Shown: positions 27,787 through 38,233, counted from the first letter of the stretch. The stretch: DNA of 39,797 bases from an uncultured Cellulomonadaceae bacterium (GCA_913063365.1 CAJXYC010000001.1:1-39797), one strand, 5' to 3'. Notes: generated by a model from the letters alone, not told the origin. Numbers and translations: made by a program.

Positions 27787-28001
27787 TGCTTGGAGCAGAG
27801 GGCCCGGATGGCCTTATTTGCTCTCGGAAAGGATGTTCGGAGCCGGCCAACGTGCATATCGTGTGGAGAAACCCACGGATTCACGACGAGAATCGCGAGA
27901 AGGTCTGGGCCTCGTGTCCGGCACATCAGGACTTCTTTGTTGATTACCTCGGAGCACGAAACTTCCCTGTGAGCACACGGCCACTGGGGTCGACGACATG
28001 A
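27786..28001 (+). CDS. Small hypothetical protein with C-x4-C...C-x2-H motif
   Basis: Translationally coupled on both sides (TAG/GTG and ATGA overlaps); CSRKGC...WRNPRIH...VWASCPAH. Confidence 0.78.
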   Translation: MLGAEGPDGLICSRKGCSEPANVHIVWRNPRIHDENREKVWASCPAHQDFFVDYLGARNFPVSTRPLGSTT

Positions 28002-28819
28002 GCATCTTTCGCCACGCTTTCACCGCCAAGTGGCTTTCTGGTTTAGGTGTCGCGGTCCTCTTCGCTGCCATCACCACAATGTTTGGCCTGTGGCAGTGGG
28101 ACAGACGGGGTCAGGCGGTGGCCGAAATCGAACGAATCGAAACAAACTTCGACCAGACGCCTGTGGCCTTTGGTGATCTGCTCGGTGACGGGACGTTGTG
28201 GAGCGATGATCTGCGCTGGCGACCGGTTGTCTTTGAGGGCACCTATGCCGTCGAGGAACAGTTGCTCGTCAGAACGAGGCCCCGCGGCGGTGCGGTGGGA
28301 TTTGAAGTCGTTGTCCCGCTGGTTGGCGCGAATGGTGAAGCTGTGTTGGTCAATCGGGGCTGGGTGCCCACCGGTGAGGCACAGGACTTTCCCGATGAGG
28401 TTCCCCGAGCACCAGAAGGCACGGTAACGGTCACCGGCCGACTGTTGCCGGGCGAGCCCGATATTTCAGGCCGAACTGCCCCGGAGGGGCAACTCGCGAC
28501 CATCAACCTGGAGCGGGTGGAACAGGCCACAGGAATTGCCGTTGACACGCGTGCCTATCTGTCTCTGATGAGTGAGCAACCTAGGGTGACGCCAACGCCG
28601 GTATTGCAGCCTCGTCCCGCACTCGACGAAGGCCCCCACCTGAGCTACACCTTCCAGTGGTTCCTTTTCGGGCTCTTGGGCTTTATCGCCTGGGGCTATC
28701 TCGTGAGAGAGGATTACAAGCGGGGACAGGATGGCACTCCCGCGACTCGCAGAGAGCGTCCGAGTGACCAGGACATTGAGGATGCCCTGCTCGATCAGGC
28801 CGAAGCGTCTAGAGGTTAA
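27998..28819 (+). CDS. SURF1-family cytochrome oxidase biogenesis protein
   Basis: TM + GLWQWDR, VLVNRGWVP, GPHLSYTFQWFLF + TM. Confidence 0.93.
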   Translation: MSIFRHAFTAKWLSGLGVAVLFAAITTMFGLWQWDRRGQAVAEIERIETNFDQTPVAFGDLLGDGTLWSDDLRWRPVVFEGTYAVEEQLLVRTRPRGGAVGFEVVVPLVGANGEAVLVNRGWVPTGEAQDFPDEVPRAPEGTVTVTGRLLPGEPDISGRTAPEGQLATINLERVEQATGIAVDTRAYLSLMSEQPRVTPTPVLQPRPALDEGPHLSYTFQWFLFGLLGFIAWGYLVREDYKRGQDGTPATRRERPSDQDIEDALLDQAEASRG

Positions 28820-29141
28820 AGCCGAGTGCGCGCATCATGTCGCGCCCGTCGGTGGTGATGCGCTCGGGACCCCACGGCGGCATCCACACCCAGTTGATCC
28901 GAAAACGCTCCGCCACCCCGTCAAGGGCTTTAGAGATTTCCTCTTCAATCACGTCAGTCAGGGGGCACCCGGCGGAGGTCAGGGTCATGCTGATGATGAG
29001 GGCGTCCTCTTCGTCATCCCACGACAAGTCATAAATCAGCCCCAAATCGACAATGTTCACACCCAATTCGGGGTCAATGACGTCTTTCAATGACTCCTGA
29101 ACCTGGTCGAACTTCTGGTCGTCGAGGGTGATGGTGCCCAT
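28809..29141 (-). CDS. sufT: Metal-sulfur cluster assembly factor SufT (DUF59)
   Basis: DVIDPELGVNIVDLGLIY, MTLTSAGCP, WMPPW. Confidence 0.92.
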   Translation of the reverse strand: MGTITLDDQKFDQVQESLKDVIDPELGVNIVDLGLIYDLSWDDEEDALIISMTLTSAGCPLTDVIEEEISKALDGVAERFRINWVWMPPWGPERITTDGRDMMRALGFNL

Positions 29142-29906
29142 TTACTTCGCCTCCGCTCCCGTCAGATACCGGTCGTACCCTTCATCTTCGAGCCTTTCGG
29201 CCAATTCTGGTCCACCCTCTTCGGCGATTCGACCCGCCACGATGACGTGCACAAAATCCGGAGTGATGTAACGGAGGATCCGTGTGTAGTGGGTGATTAA
29301 CAGCACACCGAGACCAGTCGCGTCTTTGGCTTCGTTGACACCCTGGGCGACGACTTTGAGAGCGTCCACATCGAGACCGGAGTCAGTCTCGTCGAGCACC
29401 GCGAATTTCGGCTTCAACACCTGTAGCTGCATGATTTCGTGGCGCTTCTTTTCTCCACCGGAAAAGCCCTCATTGACGCTTCGCTCCGCGAAACCGGGGT
29501 CCATCTTGAGGGAATCCATCGCCCCGCGAAGGTCTCCCACCCATTGGCGGAGTGCCGGTGCTTTTCCGTCGATGGCGGTTTTCGCGGTCCGGAGGAAGTT
29601 CGTGACAGTGACACCGGGGATTTCCACCGGGTACTGCATGGCCAGGAACAGGCCAGCCTTGGCACGCTCGTCCACCGACATCTCCAAGACGTCTTCGCCG
29701 TCCAAGGTGATGGAGCCACTAGTCACCTCATAGCGGGGGTGACCGGCAATCGTGTAGGCGAGAGTCGATTTACCAGAGCCGTTTGGGCCCATGATGGCGT
29801 GGGTCTCGCCCTCGTTGAGGGTCAGAGAAACGCCCTTCAGAATCTCGACCGGACCTGCTTCGGTGTCGATGGTGACGTGCAGGTCATCAATTTTCAGAGT
29901 TGACAT
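29142..29906 (-). CDS. sufC: Fe-S cluster assembly ATPase SufC
   Basis: GPNGSGKST, FLAMQYPVEIPGV, NEGFSGGEKKR, LDETDSGLDVDAL, ITHY. Confidence 0.97.
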   Translation of the reverse strand: MSTLKIDDLHVTIDTEAGPVEILKGVSLTLNEGETHAIMGPNGSGKSTLAYTIAGHPRYEVTSGSITLDGEDVLEMSVDERAKAGLFLAMQYPVEIPGVTVTNFLRTAKTAIDGKAPALRQWVGDLRGAMDSLKMDPGFAERSVNEGFSGGEKKRHEIMQLQVLKPKFAVLDETDSGLDVDALKVVAQGVNEAKDATGLGVLLITHYTRILRYITPDFVHVIVAGRIAEEGGPELAERLEDEGYDRYLTGAEAK

Positions 29907-29915
29907 CGGATTCCT

Positions 29916-30269
29916 CTATTTCGCGGTCTCGGTGGCTCCGTCGGCATCGCCGACGGTGACGGTGGGGTCGATATAAACAGCACCGTCTTTAATGGTGATT
30001 TTGTAGACAGGGACGGGTTCAAAGGCGGGAAAGTTCTGGGGCTTCCCGGTGGCGAGCTCAAACTTGGAGCCGTGCGCCCAGCACTCCAGGGTGTCGTCTT
30101 CGACAAAGCCTTCACTGAGGGAAATCTCGCCGTGTGAGCACACATCCCCCAGCGCATGGAGAGTTCCCGACGAGTCTTTGGCAAGGGCGATAGGAACACC
30201 GTCAATGGTGACTTTCACCGCCTGCCCTTCGGGGATATCTGCTTCTTGACAGACCAACACTTCGGTCAC
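29916..30269 (-). CDS. Rieske-type [2Fe-2S] ferredoxin
   Basis: CSH...CWAH (CxH-CxxH) ligand set within the suf operon. Confidence 0.93.
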   Translation of the reverse strand: MTEVLVCQEADIPEGQAVKVTIDGVPIALAKDSSGTLHALGDVCSHGEISLSEGFVEDDTLECWAHGSKFELATGKPQNFPAFEPVPVYKITIKDGAVYIDPTVTVGDADGATETAK

Positions 30270-31450
30270 TGTGACTCCTCGGTATCGCGTAGCTTCTGCT
30301 TGACCCGATCCAGAAGCTGCTCGCGCAACTGCTCATCGGTGATCTTCTGAACAATGGCCCCTAAGAAGCCTTGAACCACGAGGCGCCTGGCTTGCACCTC
30401 GGGAATGCCCCTGGACTGCAGGTAGAACAGGTGCTCGTCATCGAAGCGTCCTGTGGCACTCGCGTGCCCGGCTCCAGCAATGTCACCTGTCTTAATTTCC
30501 AAGTTAGGAATCGAATCTGCTCGGGTGCCATCAGAAAGCACCAGATTCCTGTTTTCTTCGTACGAGTCTGTGCCAGTGGCGTCCGCGCCAATCAGCACAT
30601 CACCAATCCAGACAGTCCGGGCGCCCTTTCCGTGCAAGGCGCCTTTGTAGCTCACCCGCGACATCGTGTCTGGACCCTCGTGGTGCACATATACGCGGTG
30701 CTCGAGGTGCTGTGTCGCGTCAGCAAAATAGACCCCGTAGAGCTCGCCTGACGAGCCTTGGCCTGCCAGCGTTACCGACGGGTTCACCGTGACGATATGG
30801 CCTCCCATACTCGCCACGACATGGGTCAAAGCAGCATCGCGGTGGACGGAGCCGAAATGGGAAGCGTAGTGAATCGAGTCCTCGCTCCACTCCTGCAGGC
30901 TCACCAGCTCCAACGTGGCCCCGGGGTGCAGGACGACTTCGAGGTTTTCTCCAAGTAACGCATCACCGTAGGACTCGAGGATGACTCTTCCGTGACATCC
31001 CTCGTTGACAGTGATGAGGGTGTGGGCTGCTCGGGGTGTGGCACCGAGGTCTTTACGCACCACACGAGTGGTCGCGGTCTCCTCCGCGTCCACGGTGATG
31101 CTAAGCACTCGAGACACTTGTGACCACGCATTCGCCGCGAGTTTGTCCTCAGGCTCTGCAACCACTCCCCGACCACTGGCATCGGCGTCGACGAATTCCA
31201 CACTGACGCCGGCGGGGGCGTCCACCTCAATGGGGTAGTCGCCGCCATCCAAAGGCCCGTCGATGAGGGCGGTTAGCTCCTTGACGGGGCTGAGACGCCA
31301 CTCTGCTTCGCGTCCAGTGACCGGGGCGAAGTCGTCCGGGTTGACCGAATGGAACCGCTCGGAGCGGGTTTGAACGGGAACAGTGTTCTCGACGCGGGTG
31401 GTGGCCGGGTCGAGAGTTACCTTCGACCCGTCGGGTGCAACTGAGGTCAT
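30266..31450 (-). CDS. sufD: Fe-S cluster assembly protein SufD
   Basis: [36 protein letters not shown]. Confidence 0.95.
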   Translation of the reverse strand: MTSVAPDGSKVTLDPATTRVENTVPVQTRSERFHSVNPDDFAPVTGREAEWRLSPVKELTALIDGPLDGGDYPIEVDAPAGVSVEFVDADASGRGVVAEPEDKLAANAWSQVSRVLSITVDAEETATTRVVRKDLGATPRAAHTLITVNEGCHGRVILESYGDALLGENLEVVLHPGATLELVSLQEWSEDSIHYASHFGSVHRDAALTHVVASMGGHIVTVNPSVTLAGQGSSGELYGVYFADATQHLEHRVYVHHEGPDTMSRVSYKGALHGKGARTVWIGDVLIGADATGTDSYEENRNLVLSDGTRADSIPNLEIKTGDIAGAGHASATGRFDDEHLFYLQSRGIPEVQARRLVVQGFLGAIVQKITDEQLREQLLDRVKQKLRDTEESQ

Positions 31451-32869
31451 CTAGCCGACTGACCCTTCCATATTCATTTCAATCAATTTGTTCAGCTCGA
31501 GCGCGTACTCCATGGGGAGTTCACGTGCAATCGGCTCGATAAATCCACGGACGATCATCGCCATGGCCTCGTCTTCGGGGAGCCCGCGCGACTGGAGGTA
31601 GAACAGCTGGTCCTCGCTCACCTTTGACACAGTCGCCTCGTGTCCCAAAACCACGTCATCGACACGAATATCGATCGCGGGGTACGTGTCAGACCGGGAG
31701 ATGGTGTCGACCAGAAGAGCATCACAGCGGACGGTGTTGGCAGAATGCGTCGCGGAATCGTCGACGCGGACTTCACCGCGGTATCCCGCTCGTCCACCGC
31801 CCCGCGCAATCGACTTCGAGACAATCGAGGAGGTCGTGTTCGGCGCCATGTGGATCATCTTTGCCCCCGCGTCCTGGTGCTGGCCAGGGCCGGCAAAGGC
31901 CACAGACAGGGTCTCGCCCTTTGCTCCCTCGCCGACCAGGAAGACCGAGGGGTACTTCATGGTCACCTTGGAGCCGAGGTTCCCATCAATCCACTCCATG
32001 GTCGCGCCCTCGTGCGCCACGGCTCGCTTGGTGACCAAGTTGTAGACGTTTGTCGACCAGTTCTGGATGGTGGTGTAGCGGACCCGAGCGTTCTTCTTGA
32101 CGATGATTTCCACCACCGCGGAGTGAAGAGAATCTGACGAGTAAATCGGGGCTGTGCAGCCTTCGATGTAGTGCACGTAGGAGCCTTCATCGGCAATGAT
32201 CAGTGTCCGCTCAAACTGACCCATGTTTTCGGTGTTGATCCGGAAGTAGGCCTGGAGAGGAATCTCGACGTGGACACCCGGAGGAACGTAGACGAACGAC
32301 CCTCCTGACCAGACGGCAGTGTTCAACGCCGCAAACTTGTTGTCTCCCGACGGGATGACGGTTCCGAAGTATTCCTCGAAGAACTCTGGGTGCTCTTTCA
32401 GTGCAGTGTCGGTGTCGAGGAACAGCACGCCCTGTGCTTCCAAGTCCTCACGAATCTGGTGGTACACCACCTCGGACTCGTACTGGGCGGCCACACCGGC
32501 CACGAGACGGGCCCGCTCTGCTTCAGGGATACCGAGACGCTCGTAGGTGTTCCGAATGTCCTCGGGCAGGTCCTCCCAGGTCTGGGCCTGGCGCTCAGTG
32601 GAGCGAACGAAGTACTTGATGTTGTCGAAGTCAATCCCGGAGAGGTCCGCACCGAACGAGGGCATGGGCTTCTTGTCAAAGATTTTCAGCGCTTTGAGAC
32701 GACGCTCCCGCATCCACTCGGGCTCTTCTTTCAGAGTCGAGATTTCGTTAACGACGTCTTCTGACAGACCACGTTTGGCGGTTTCCCCAGCTTGGTCCGG
32801 GTCGTGCCATCCGAACTCGTATTGGCCGAGGCTCTCAAGTTCGGGGCGGTCAAGCAAGACGTCTGACAT
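31451..32869 (-). CDS. sufB: Fe-S cluster assembly protein SufB
   Basis: [56 protein letters not shown] precedes ATG 32869; no intein. Confidence 0.97.
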   Translation of the reverse strand: MSDVLLDRPELESLGQYEFGWHDPDQAGETAKRGLSEDVVNEISTLKEEPEWMRERRLKALKIFDKKPMPSFGADLSGIDFDNIKYFVRSTERQAQTWEDLPEDIRNTYERLGIPEAERARLVAGVAAQYESEVVYHQIREDLEAQGVLFLDTDTALKEHPEFFEEYFGTVIPSGDNKFAALNTAVWSGGSFVYVPPGVHVEIPLQAYFRINTENMGQFERTLIIADEGSYVHYIEGCTAPIYSSDSLHSAVVEIIVKKNARVRYTTIQNWSTNVYNLVTKRAVAHEGATMEWIDGNLGSKVTMKYPSVFLVGEGAKGETLSVAFAGPGQHQDAGAKMIHMAPNTTSSIVSKSIARGGGRAGYRGEVRVDDSATHSANTVRCDALLVDTISRSDTYPAIDIRVDDVVLGHEATVSKVSEDQLFYLQSRGLPEDEAMAMIVRGFIEPIARELPMEYALELNKLIEMNMEGSVG

Positions 32870-33047
32870 ATCTACCTCCGTGTGGTTGCGGGCTGTGACT
32901 GCGGCCCACATTCTCAGGGGCTCTTCGGAGCCCTCAACTACACTCTCGTAGAGTCCTTAGAAGGAGCTGAACTCGCTGAAAATGCGGGTGAAAAGGCGGC
33001 GTCGCCTGCTGAGAAAAGTCTACTAGTCCAGGGGGAAAAACGCGACG

Positions 33048-34019
33048 ATGTCGGTGTTCATCCGTTTCGCCAATTGGCTCCCCAGCCGCGTCGACCGTCG
33101 AGTGAGGTTTTTTGCCTGGGCGTCTCTTGTCAGTCAAATTCTGATTATCGGCACGGGGGGTGCGGTACGACTCACGGAGTCTGGCTTGGGCTGCCCGACC
33201 TGGCCGAGGTGCACCGAAGACTCGTTTGTCTCCACTCCCGAAATGGGCTTGCACGGGGTAATCGAGTTCGGAAACAGGCTCCTCACGTTTGTCTTGATCA
33301 TCATCGCCATCGGCATGTTCGCCATGATCGTGCGGATGCGCACAGAGCGTCCAGAACTTCTCAGACTCTCCGTGGCGCTGGGCCTCGGTATTCCTGGCCA
33401 GGCCATCATTGGTGGAATTACGGTGCTCACCAATTTGAACCCCTATGTGGTGGGGCTGCACTACATCCTGTCGGCCCTGCTGGTGGGGCTTGCCGCGTGG
33501 CTTCTCTATCGAGTCCGGGTAGGTCCCGCCTCAAGAATCCCATCGGCCTCTCCCCTCATTCGAGGGATGGCTCCCAGCATGCTGGGGGTCCTCGGTGTGT
33601 CAATTGTCTTGGGGGTTCTGACGACCGGCTCGGGACCCCACGCTGGGGACGGAGGTGCTGCACGGAATGGGTTGAATTCCGAGTTGCTCCAGCATTTCCA
33701 CTCTTGGCCGTCCTACGTGTTTTTCACCCTGGTGTTGGTCACCCTGGTTCTCTCCACCCGAGAGGGCATGGGGCGCTCTGACTCCCGGCTACGAAAGGCC
33801 CTGAGCGGTCTCTTCGGTGTCACTCTGGTGCAGATTGCCGTCGGGCTTTTCCAAGCGCGGAATGGTCTGCCCGAGCTCGCGGTGGGAATCCACCTCATCC
33901 TCGCCGCGGTATTGGTGGCGTTGACCGTGACGGTCTGGCTTAGTACCCGGGAAGACCCGGAATCAGTGCCACGAGCGGATCAGCGCCCACAGACACGAAC
34001 AGCAGCGACAAATAGCTAA
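33048..34019 (+). CDS. ctaA: Heme A synthase (COX15/CtaA)
   Basis: GGAVRLTESGLGCPTWPRC, IEFGNR, GSGPHAGD, conserved His residues, about 8 TM segments. Confidence 0.93.
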   Translation: MSVFIRFANWLPSRVDRRVRFFAWASLVSQILIIGTGGAVRLTESGLGCPTWPRCTEDSFVSTPEMGLHGVIEFGNRLLTFVLIIIAIGMFAMIVRMRTERPELLRLSVALGLGIPGQAIIGGITVLTNLNPYVVGLHYILSALLVGLAAWLLYRVRVGPASRIPSASPLIRGMAPSMLGVLGVSIVLGVLTTGSGPHAGDGGAARNGLNSELLQHFHSWPSYVFFTLVLVTLVLSTREGMGRSDSRLRKALSGLFGVTLVQIAVGLFQARNGLPELAVGIHLILAAVLVALTVTVWLSTREDPESVPRADQRPQTRTAATNS

Positions 34020-34905
34020 TACTCGCGTGAAATACGCGCATCGGACGAAGGTCCGCCTCACCGGCCACAGCACGGTGAAAGAGTCTGTGTGATTCGACGA
34101 TGAACCAGGCCCCGGTTCCCACCGCTGCGGCGATGTACAGAGGACCCATCTGGCCCACCGGGATCAGAATCAGCGACATGACCACCGTTGCCCACGCGTA
34201 GAGAATGACTTGGACGCCGACTTCTGGAGCTGAACGCACCACTCCGAGCATGGGCACCCCCACCCCCCGGTAGTCATCCTGATATCTCATAGACAACGGC
34301 CAGTAGTGGGCAGGAGTCCAGAGGAAGACCACGAGGAACAGAATCCATGCTTCCCAGGACAGCTCTCCAGTGACAGCAGCCCAGCCAATCAACACAGGGA
34401 AGCACCCGGCGATACCGCCCCAAATAATGTTCTGCTCACTTCTGCGTTTCAACCACAGTGTGTAGACGAAGACGTAGAAGAGAATCGCCGCGAGAGACAA
34501 CAGCGCCGCCAGCCAGTGCGTCGTGACCCAGAGCAACACCACCGATCCGACACCAAGAGTCCAGGCAAAGACCAACGCCTGTCGCTCGGAAATCTCCCCT
34601 GTCACCAGCGGCCGTGATGACGTCCTCGACATGTCTTTATCGATATCTCTGTCGATGTAGCTGTTGAACGCGTTGGCGCTTCCGGCGCTCAGCGCACCGC
34701 CCACGAGAGTAAACAGCACAAGCCACAGGTTCGGAACGCCCTCGGCCGCAAGAAACATGACCGGGGCGGTGGTGATCAGCAGAAGCTCAATCACTCTGGG
34801 TTTGGTGAGCGCAAGATACGCGCTGAAGCGACCTCTGGGACCCTGTCTCTCGGGGGTGTCATGACCACGAAGAGTGCGGGGAGTCGGGCCAACCGAAGTG
34901 CTCAT
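33940..34905 (-). CDS. ctaB: Heme O synthase (protoheme IX farnesyltransferase)
   Basis: LTKPRVIELL, N..IDRDID..M.RT..RPL, YTLWLKRR, WTPAHYWPL, DY..VGVPML. Start at 34905 or 34917. Confidence 0.95.
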   Translation of the reverse strand: MSTSVGPTPRTLRGHDTPERQGPRGRFSAYLALTKPRVIELLLITTAPVMFLAAEGVPNLWLVLFTLVGGALSAGSANAFNSYIDRDIDKDMSRTSSRPLVTGEISERQALVFAWTLGVGSVVLLWVTTHWLAALLSLAAILFYVFVYTLWLKRRSEQNIIWGGIAGCFPVLIGWAAVTGELSWEAWILFLVVFLWTPAHYWPLSMRYQDDYRGVGVPMLGVVRSAPEVGVQVILYAWATVVMSLILIPVGQMGPLYIAAAVGTGAWFIVESHRLFHRAVAGEADLRPMRVFHASISYLSLLFVSVGADPLVALIPGLPGY

Positions 34906-35057
34906 GACGCAGGTCATTCTACGGTGAGTGGCCCCGGAGTGTCTGGGAGGGCGCAGTTATACTGAGGTTCATCCCGTGAGGGAAACTGTGTTGCCGTAAC
35001 GGTCACCGTAGAGGCCGGTGAAGGACGACGAGCCGTAACGAGCCAGAAGGACCGCCG

Positions 35058-37136
35058 ATGACCTCTGTGTTTACTGACCTTGACCGCAAAGCCGTAGATA
35101 CTGCCCGGCTTCTTGCCGCCGACGCGGTGGAAAAGGTCGGTAACGGCCACCCCGGCACCGCGATGAGCCTGGCCCCCGTCGCGTATCTGCTCTACCAAAA
35201 AGTGATGCGCCTGGATCCCTCTGATCCGAACTGGGTTGGCCGGGACCGCTTCATCCTCTCCGCCGGCCACTCGTCGTTGACGCAGTATGTCCAGCTTTAT
35301 CTCGCTGGCTGCGGACTGGAGCTTGACGATCTCAAAGCGCTTCGCACCTGGGACTCGCTTACTCCCGGACATCCGGAATACGGCCACACCCCTGGTGTGG
35401 AGATCACCACCGGACCCCTCGGTCAAGGCCTTGCCTCCGCAACCGGATTTGCCTATGCACAGCGTTTTGAACGAGGGCTGTTCGATCCAGACACAGCCGA
35501 TGGTGAATCGCCCTTCGATCACTTCACCTACGTCATCGCAAGTGACGGTGACATTCAAGAAGGGATCACCAGTGAGGCAGCGTCCTTGGCGGGGCACCAA
35601 CAGCTGGGCCGCCTGATTGTCCTCTACGACGCTAACCAAATCTCCATCGAAGACGACACGGATATTGCCTTTACCGAAGACGTTGCGGCCCGCTATGCCG
35701 CCTATGGGTGGGATGTCCAGACGGTGGACTTCGGGACTCAGGAGAACTACCACGAGGACGTCGACGGACTTTCCGCTGCCATCGGGCAGGCCCAATCAGA
35801 CCTTCACAGGCCCAGCCTCATCATTGTGAAAACCGTGATCGGTTGGCCATCGCCGCACAAGATGAACACGGGTGCCATTCACGGCGCCGCCATCGGAGCA
35901 GAGGAAATCGCCGAAACCAAGAAGATTCTGGGCTTTGATCCGGAATCCCACTTCCAGGTCGACGACGAAGTCATCGCTCACACCCGCTCCCTTGCAGAGC
36001 GCTCGGCCGAAGCCCGCGCCAGCTGGGAAAAATCCTTTGCGGCCTGGTCCGCTCGAGAACCAGAGCGATTCGCACTCTTTGAACGGTTAATGGCGGGTGA
36101 GATCCCGGACCTCACCCCGCACCTGCCCACTTTCGAGGGTGCCGACTCACTCGCGACCCGTGCTGCCTCTGGTCAGGTGATTAATGCATTGGCCGCCGTG
36201 CTGCCCGAGTTGTGGGGTGGATCTGCAGATCTCGCCGAGTCCAATGTGACAACGATCAAGGGAGCGCCTTCGTTCGCCCCAGCAGAGCATTCGACAGCGC
36301 ACTGGAGCGCAGACCCGCACGGCCGGGTACTGCACTTTGGTATCCGGGAGCACGCGATGGCCGCGATTGTGAACGGCATTGTCCTTCATGGCCCCACCAG
36401 AGCATTTGGCGGGACCTTCCTGATTTTCTCGGACTACATGCGCCCCGCGGTTCGTCTCGCTGCGCTCATGAAGGTGCCGAGCATTTTTGTCTGGACCCAC
36501 GACTCGGTGGCACTCGGCGAAGACGGTCCGACACATCAGCCCATCGAGCAGCTGTGGTCGCTTCGGGCCATTCCAGGACTTGATGTGGTGAGACCCGCTG
36601 ACGCCCACGAGACGGCCTGGGCGTGGAAAACCATGCTGGAGAAGAAAGACGGCCCAGCGGGAATTGCGCTTACCAGGCAGGGCGTTCCGGTGCTTGACCG
36701 GTCAGAGAAGCTCGCTTCAGCTGAACATACGGCCAACGGCGGTTATGTCCTGAGCGAAGCGTCGTCGGACCCGGAGGTGCTTCTGATTGCGACTGGGTCG
36801 GAGGTATCTCTTGCGCTGGAGGCTCAGTCAGCGCTAGAGGCCGAAGGCACGCCTACCCGGGTGGTCTCGATGCCCTGTATCGAATGGTTTGAGGCCCAGG
36901 ATCAGGCATACAAAGACAGCGTTCTCCCGCCCGGCGTCCGGGCGCGGGTGTCGGTTGAAGCAGGGGTGTCGCTTGGCTGGAAGGGATATGTGGGAGACCA
37001 CGGCCGCTCAGTCTCGATTGAACACTTCGGCGCGTCAGCCGACTACAAGACCCTCTTCCAGAAGTTTGGAATCACGTCGGAACGTGTGGTGGAGGCCGCG
37101 CGAGACTCGCTGCGTGCAGTGAAAGGTGCCTCATGA
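35058..37136 (+). CDS. tkt: Transketolase
   Basis: [57 protein letters not shown]. Confidence 0.98.
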   Translation: MTSVFTDLDRKAVDTARLLAADAVEKVGNGHPGTAMSLAPVAYLLYQKVMRLDPSDPNWVGRDRFILSAGHSSLTQYVQLYLAGCGLELDDLKALRTWDSLTPGHPEYGHTPGVEITTGPLGQGLASATGFAYAQRFERGLFDPDTADGESPFDHFTYVIASDGDIQEGITSEAASLAGHQQLGRLIVLYDANQISIEDDTDIAFTEDVAARYAAYGWDVQTVDFGTQENYHEDVDGLSAAIGQAQSDLHRPSLIIVKTVIGWPSPHKMNTGAIHGAAIGAEEIAETKKILGFDPESHFQVDDEVIAHTRSLAERSAEARASWEKSFAAWSAREPERFALFERLMAGEIPDLTPHLPTFEGADSLATRAASGQVINALAAVLPELWGGSADLAESNVTTIKGAPSFAPAEHSTAHWSADPHGRVLHFGIREHAMAAIVNGIVLHGPTRAFGGTFLIFSDYMRPAVRLAALMKVPSIFVWTHDSVALGEDGPTHQPIEQLWSLRAIPGLDVVRPADAHETAWAWKTMLEKKDGPAGIALTRQGVPVLDRSEKLASAEHTANGGYVLSEASSDPEVLLIATGSEVSLALEAQSALEAEGTPTRVVSMPCIEWFEAQDQAYKDSVLPPGVRARVSVEAGVSLGWKGYVGDHGRSVSIEHFGASADYKTLFQKFGITSERVVEAARDSLRAVKGAS

Positions 37137-38233
37137 GTGCGACCAGTGATCTGAGCAGCCTCGGTGTATCGATTTGGCTGGATGACCTGTCCCGGGAGCG
37201 AATCAAGACGGGCAACCTCAGCCACCTCATCGACTCATACAACGTGGTCGGTGTCACCACGAACCCCACCATTTTCCAGCAGGCCATTAGCAGCGGAACC
37301 GACTACTCGCCTGCTATCGAGGAAAGCGCTGCAAAAGGCCACACCGCCGAAGAAACGGTATTTGACTTGATGGTGGCAGATGTCCGGGACGCCTGTGATG
37401 TGTTCCGCCCGCTCTTCGAGTCCACGGGCGGTGTGGACGGCCGAGTCTCGATTGAGGTAAGTCCGGAGCTTGCCCACGACACACACGGCACCATTGCTCA
37501 AGCCGACGACCTGCATCAACGTGTGGGTCGTGACAACGTGCTGGTGAAGATTCCAGCGACCAAGGCGGGCTTGCCGGCCATCACTGAGGCACTCGGTCGC
37601 GGCATCAGCGTGAATGTGACCCTAATCTTCTCTCTCGAGCGCTACCGCGAGGTTGTCGAGGCGTTCATGTCTGGGCTCGAATTGGCCGCTGAACGCGGAC
37701 ATGACCTCTCCACGATGCACTCTGTGGCCTCGTTCTTTGTCTCTCGTGTGGACACCGAGATCGACAAGCAGCTTGCCGAACTTTCCGCTCCAGAAGCGAC
37801 AGAGCTCAGGTCACGTTCTGGCGTAGCGAACGCTCGACTCGCCTATCAGGCCTTTGAAGAGCTGTTTGCGACCGAGAGATGGAAAGCTCTCGCCGCGCAA
37901 GGAGCGCACGTTCAGCGCCCGCTCTGGGCCTCGACAGGGGTAAAAGATCCCGCATTACTTCCCACTCTGTATGTCACGGAGTTGGCTGTTCGGCACACCG
38001 TCAACACGATGCCGGAGAAGACCTTGATGGCCACCGCAGAGCTAGACGGCATTGAAGGTGACCGCGTGACAGGTTTCTATGAAGACGCTGCCGGTGTGCT
38101 CGATGGAATTGCCCAGGTTGGCATTTCCTACGGCGACGTCACGGAGACTCTCGAGCAGGAGGGCGTGCAGAAATTCATCGACAGCTGGCGTGACTTGCTG
38201 GGAACTGTCGAGGACGCCCTGAAGAACGCCTGA
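37133..38233 (+). CDS. tal: Transaldolase
   Basis: [53 protein letters not shown]. Confidence 0.98.
   Translation: MSATSDLSSLGVSIWLDDLSRERIKTGNLSHLIDSYNVVGVTTNPTIFQQAISSGTDYSPAIEESAAKGHTAEETVFDLMVADVRDACDVFRPLFESTGGVDGRVSIEVSPELAHDTHGTIAQADDLHQRVGRDNVLVKIPATKAGLPAITEALGRGISVNVTLIFSLERYREVVEAFMSGLELAAERGHDLSTMHSVASFFVSRVDTEIDKQLAELSAPEATELRSRSGVANARLAYQAFEELFATERWKALAAQGAHVQRPLWASTGVKDPALLPTLYVTELAVRHTVNTMPEKTLMATAELDGIEGDRVTGFYEDAAGVLDGIAQVGISYGDVTETLEQEGVQKFIDSWRDLLGTVEDALKNA

Noticed and set aside
31451-32869. Intein in SufB (or in DnaE2)
   Set aside because: Both proteins have ordinary lengths (472 and 1140 aa) and no splice-junction or LAGLIDADG motifs were seen.
32882-33781. 299-aa alternative-frame ORF over ctaA
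   Set aside because: No recognisable motifs; it overlaps a well-supported gene. Long shadow ORFs are expected in GC-rich DNA.
34914-35795. 293-aa antisense ORF over tkt, and similar ones at 1646-2455 and 12233-12880
   Set aside because: Antisense shadows of conserved genes with no family features.
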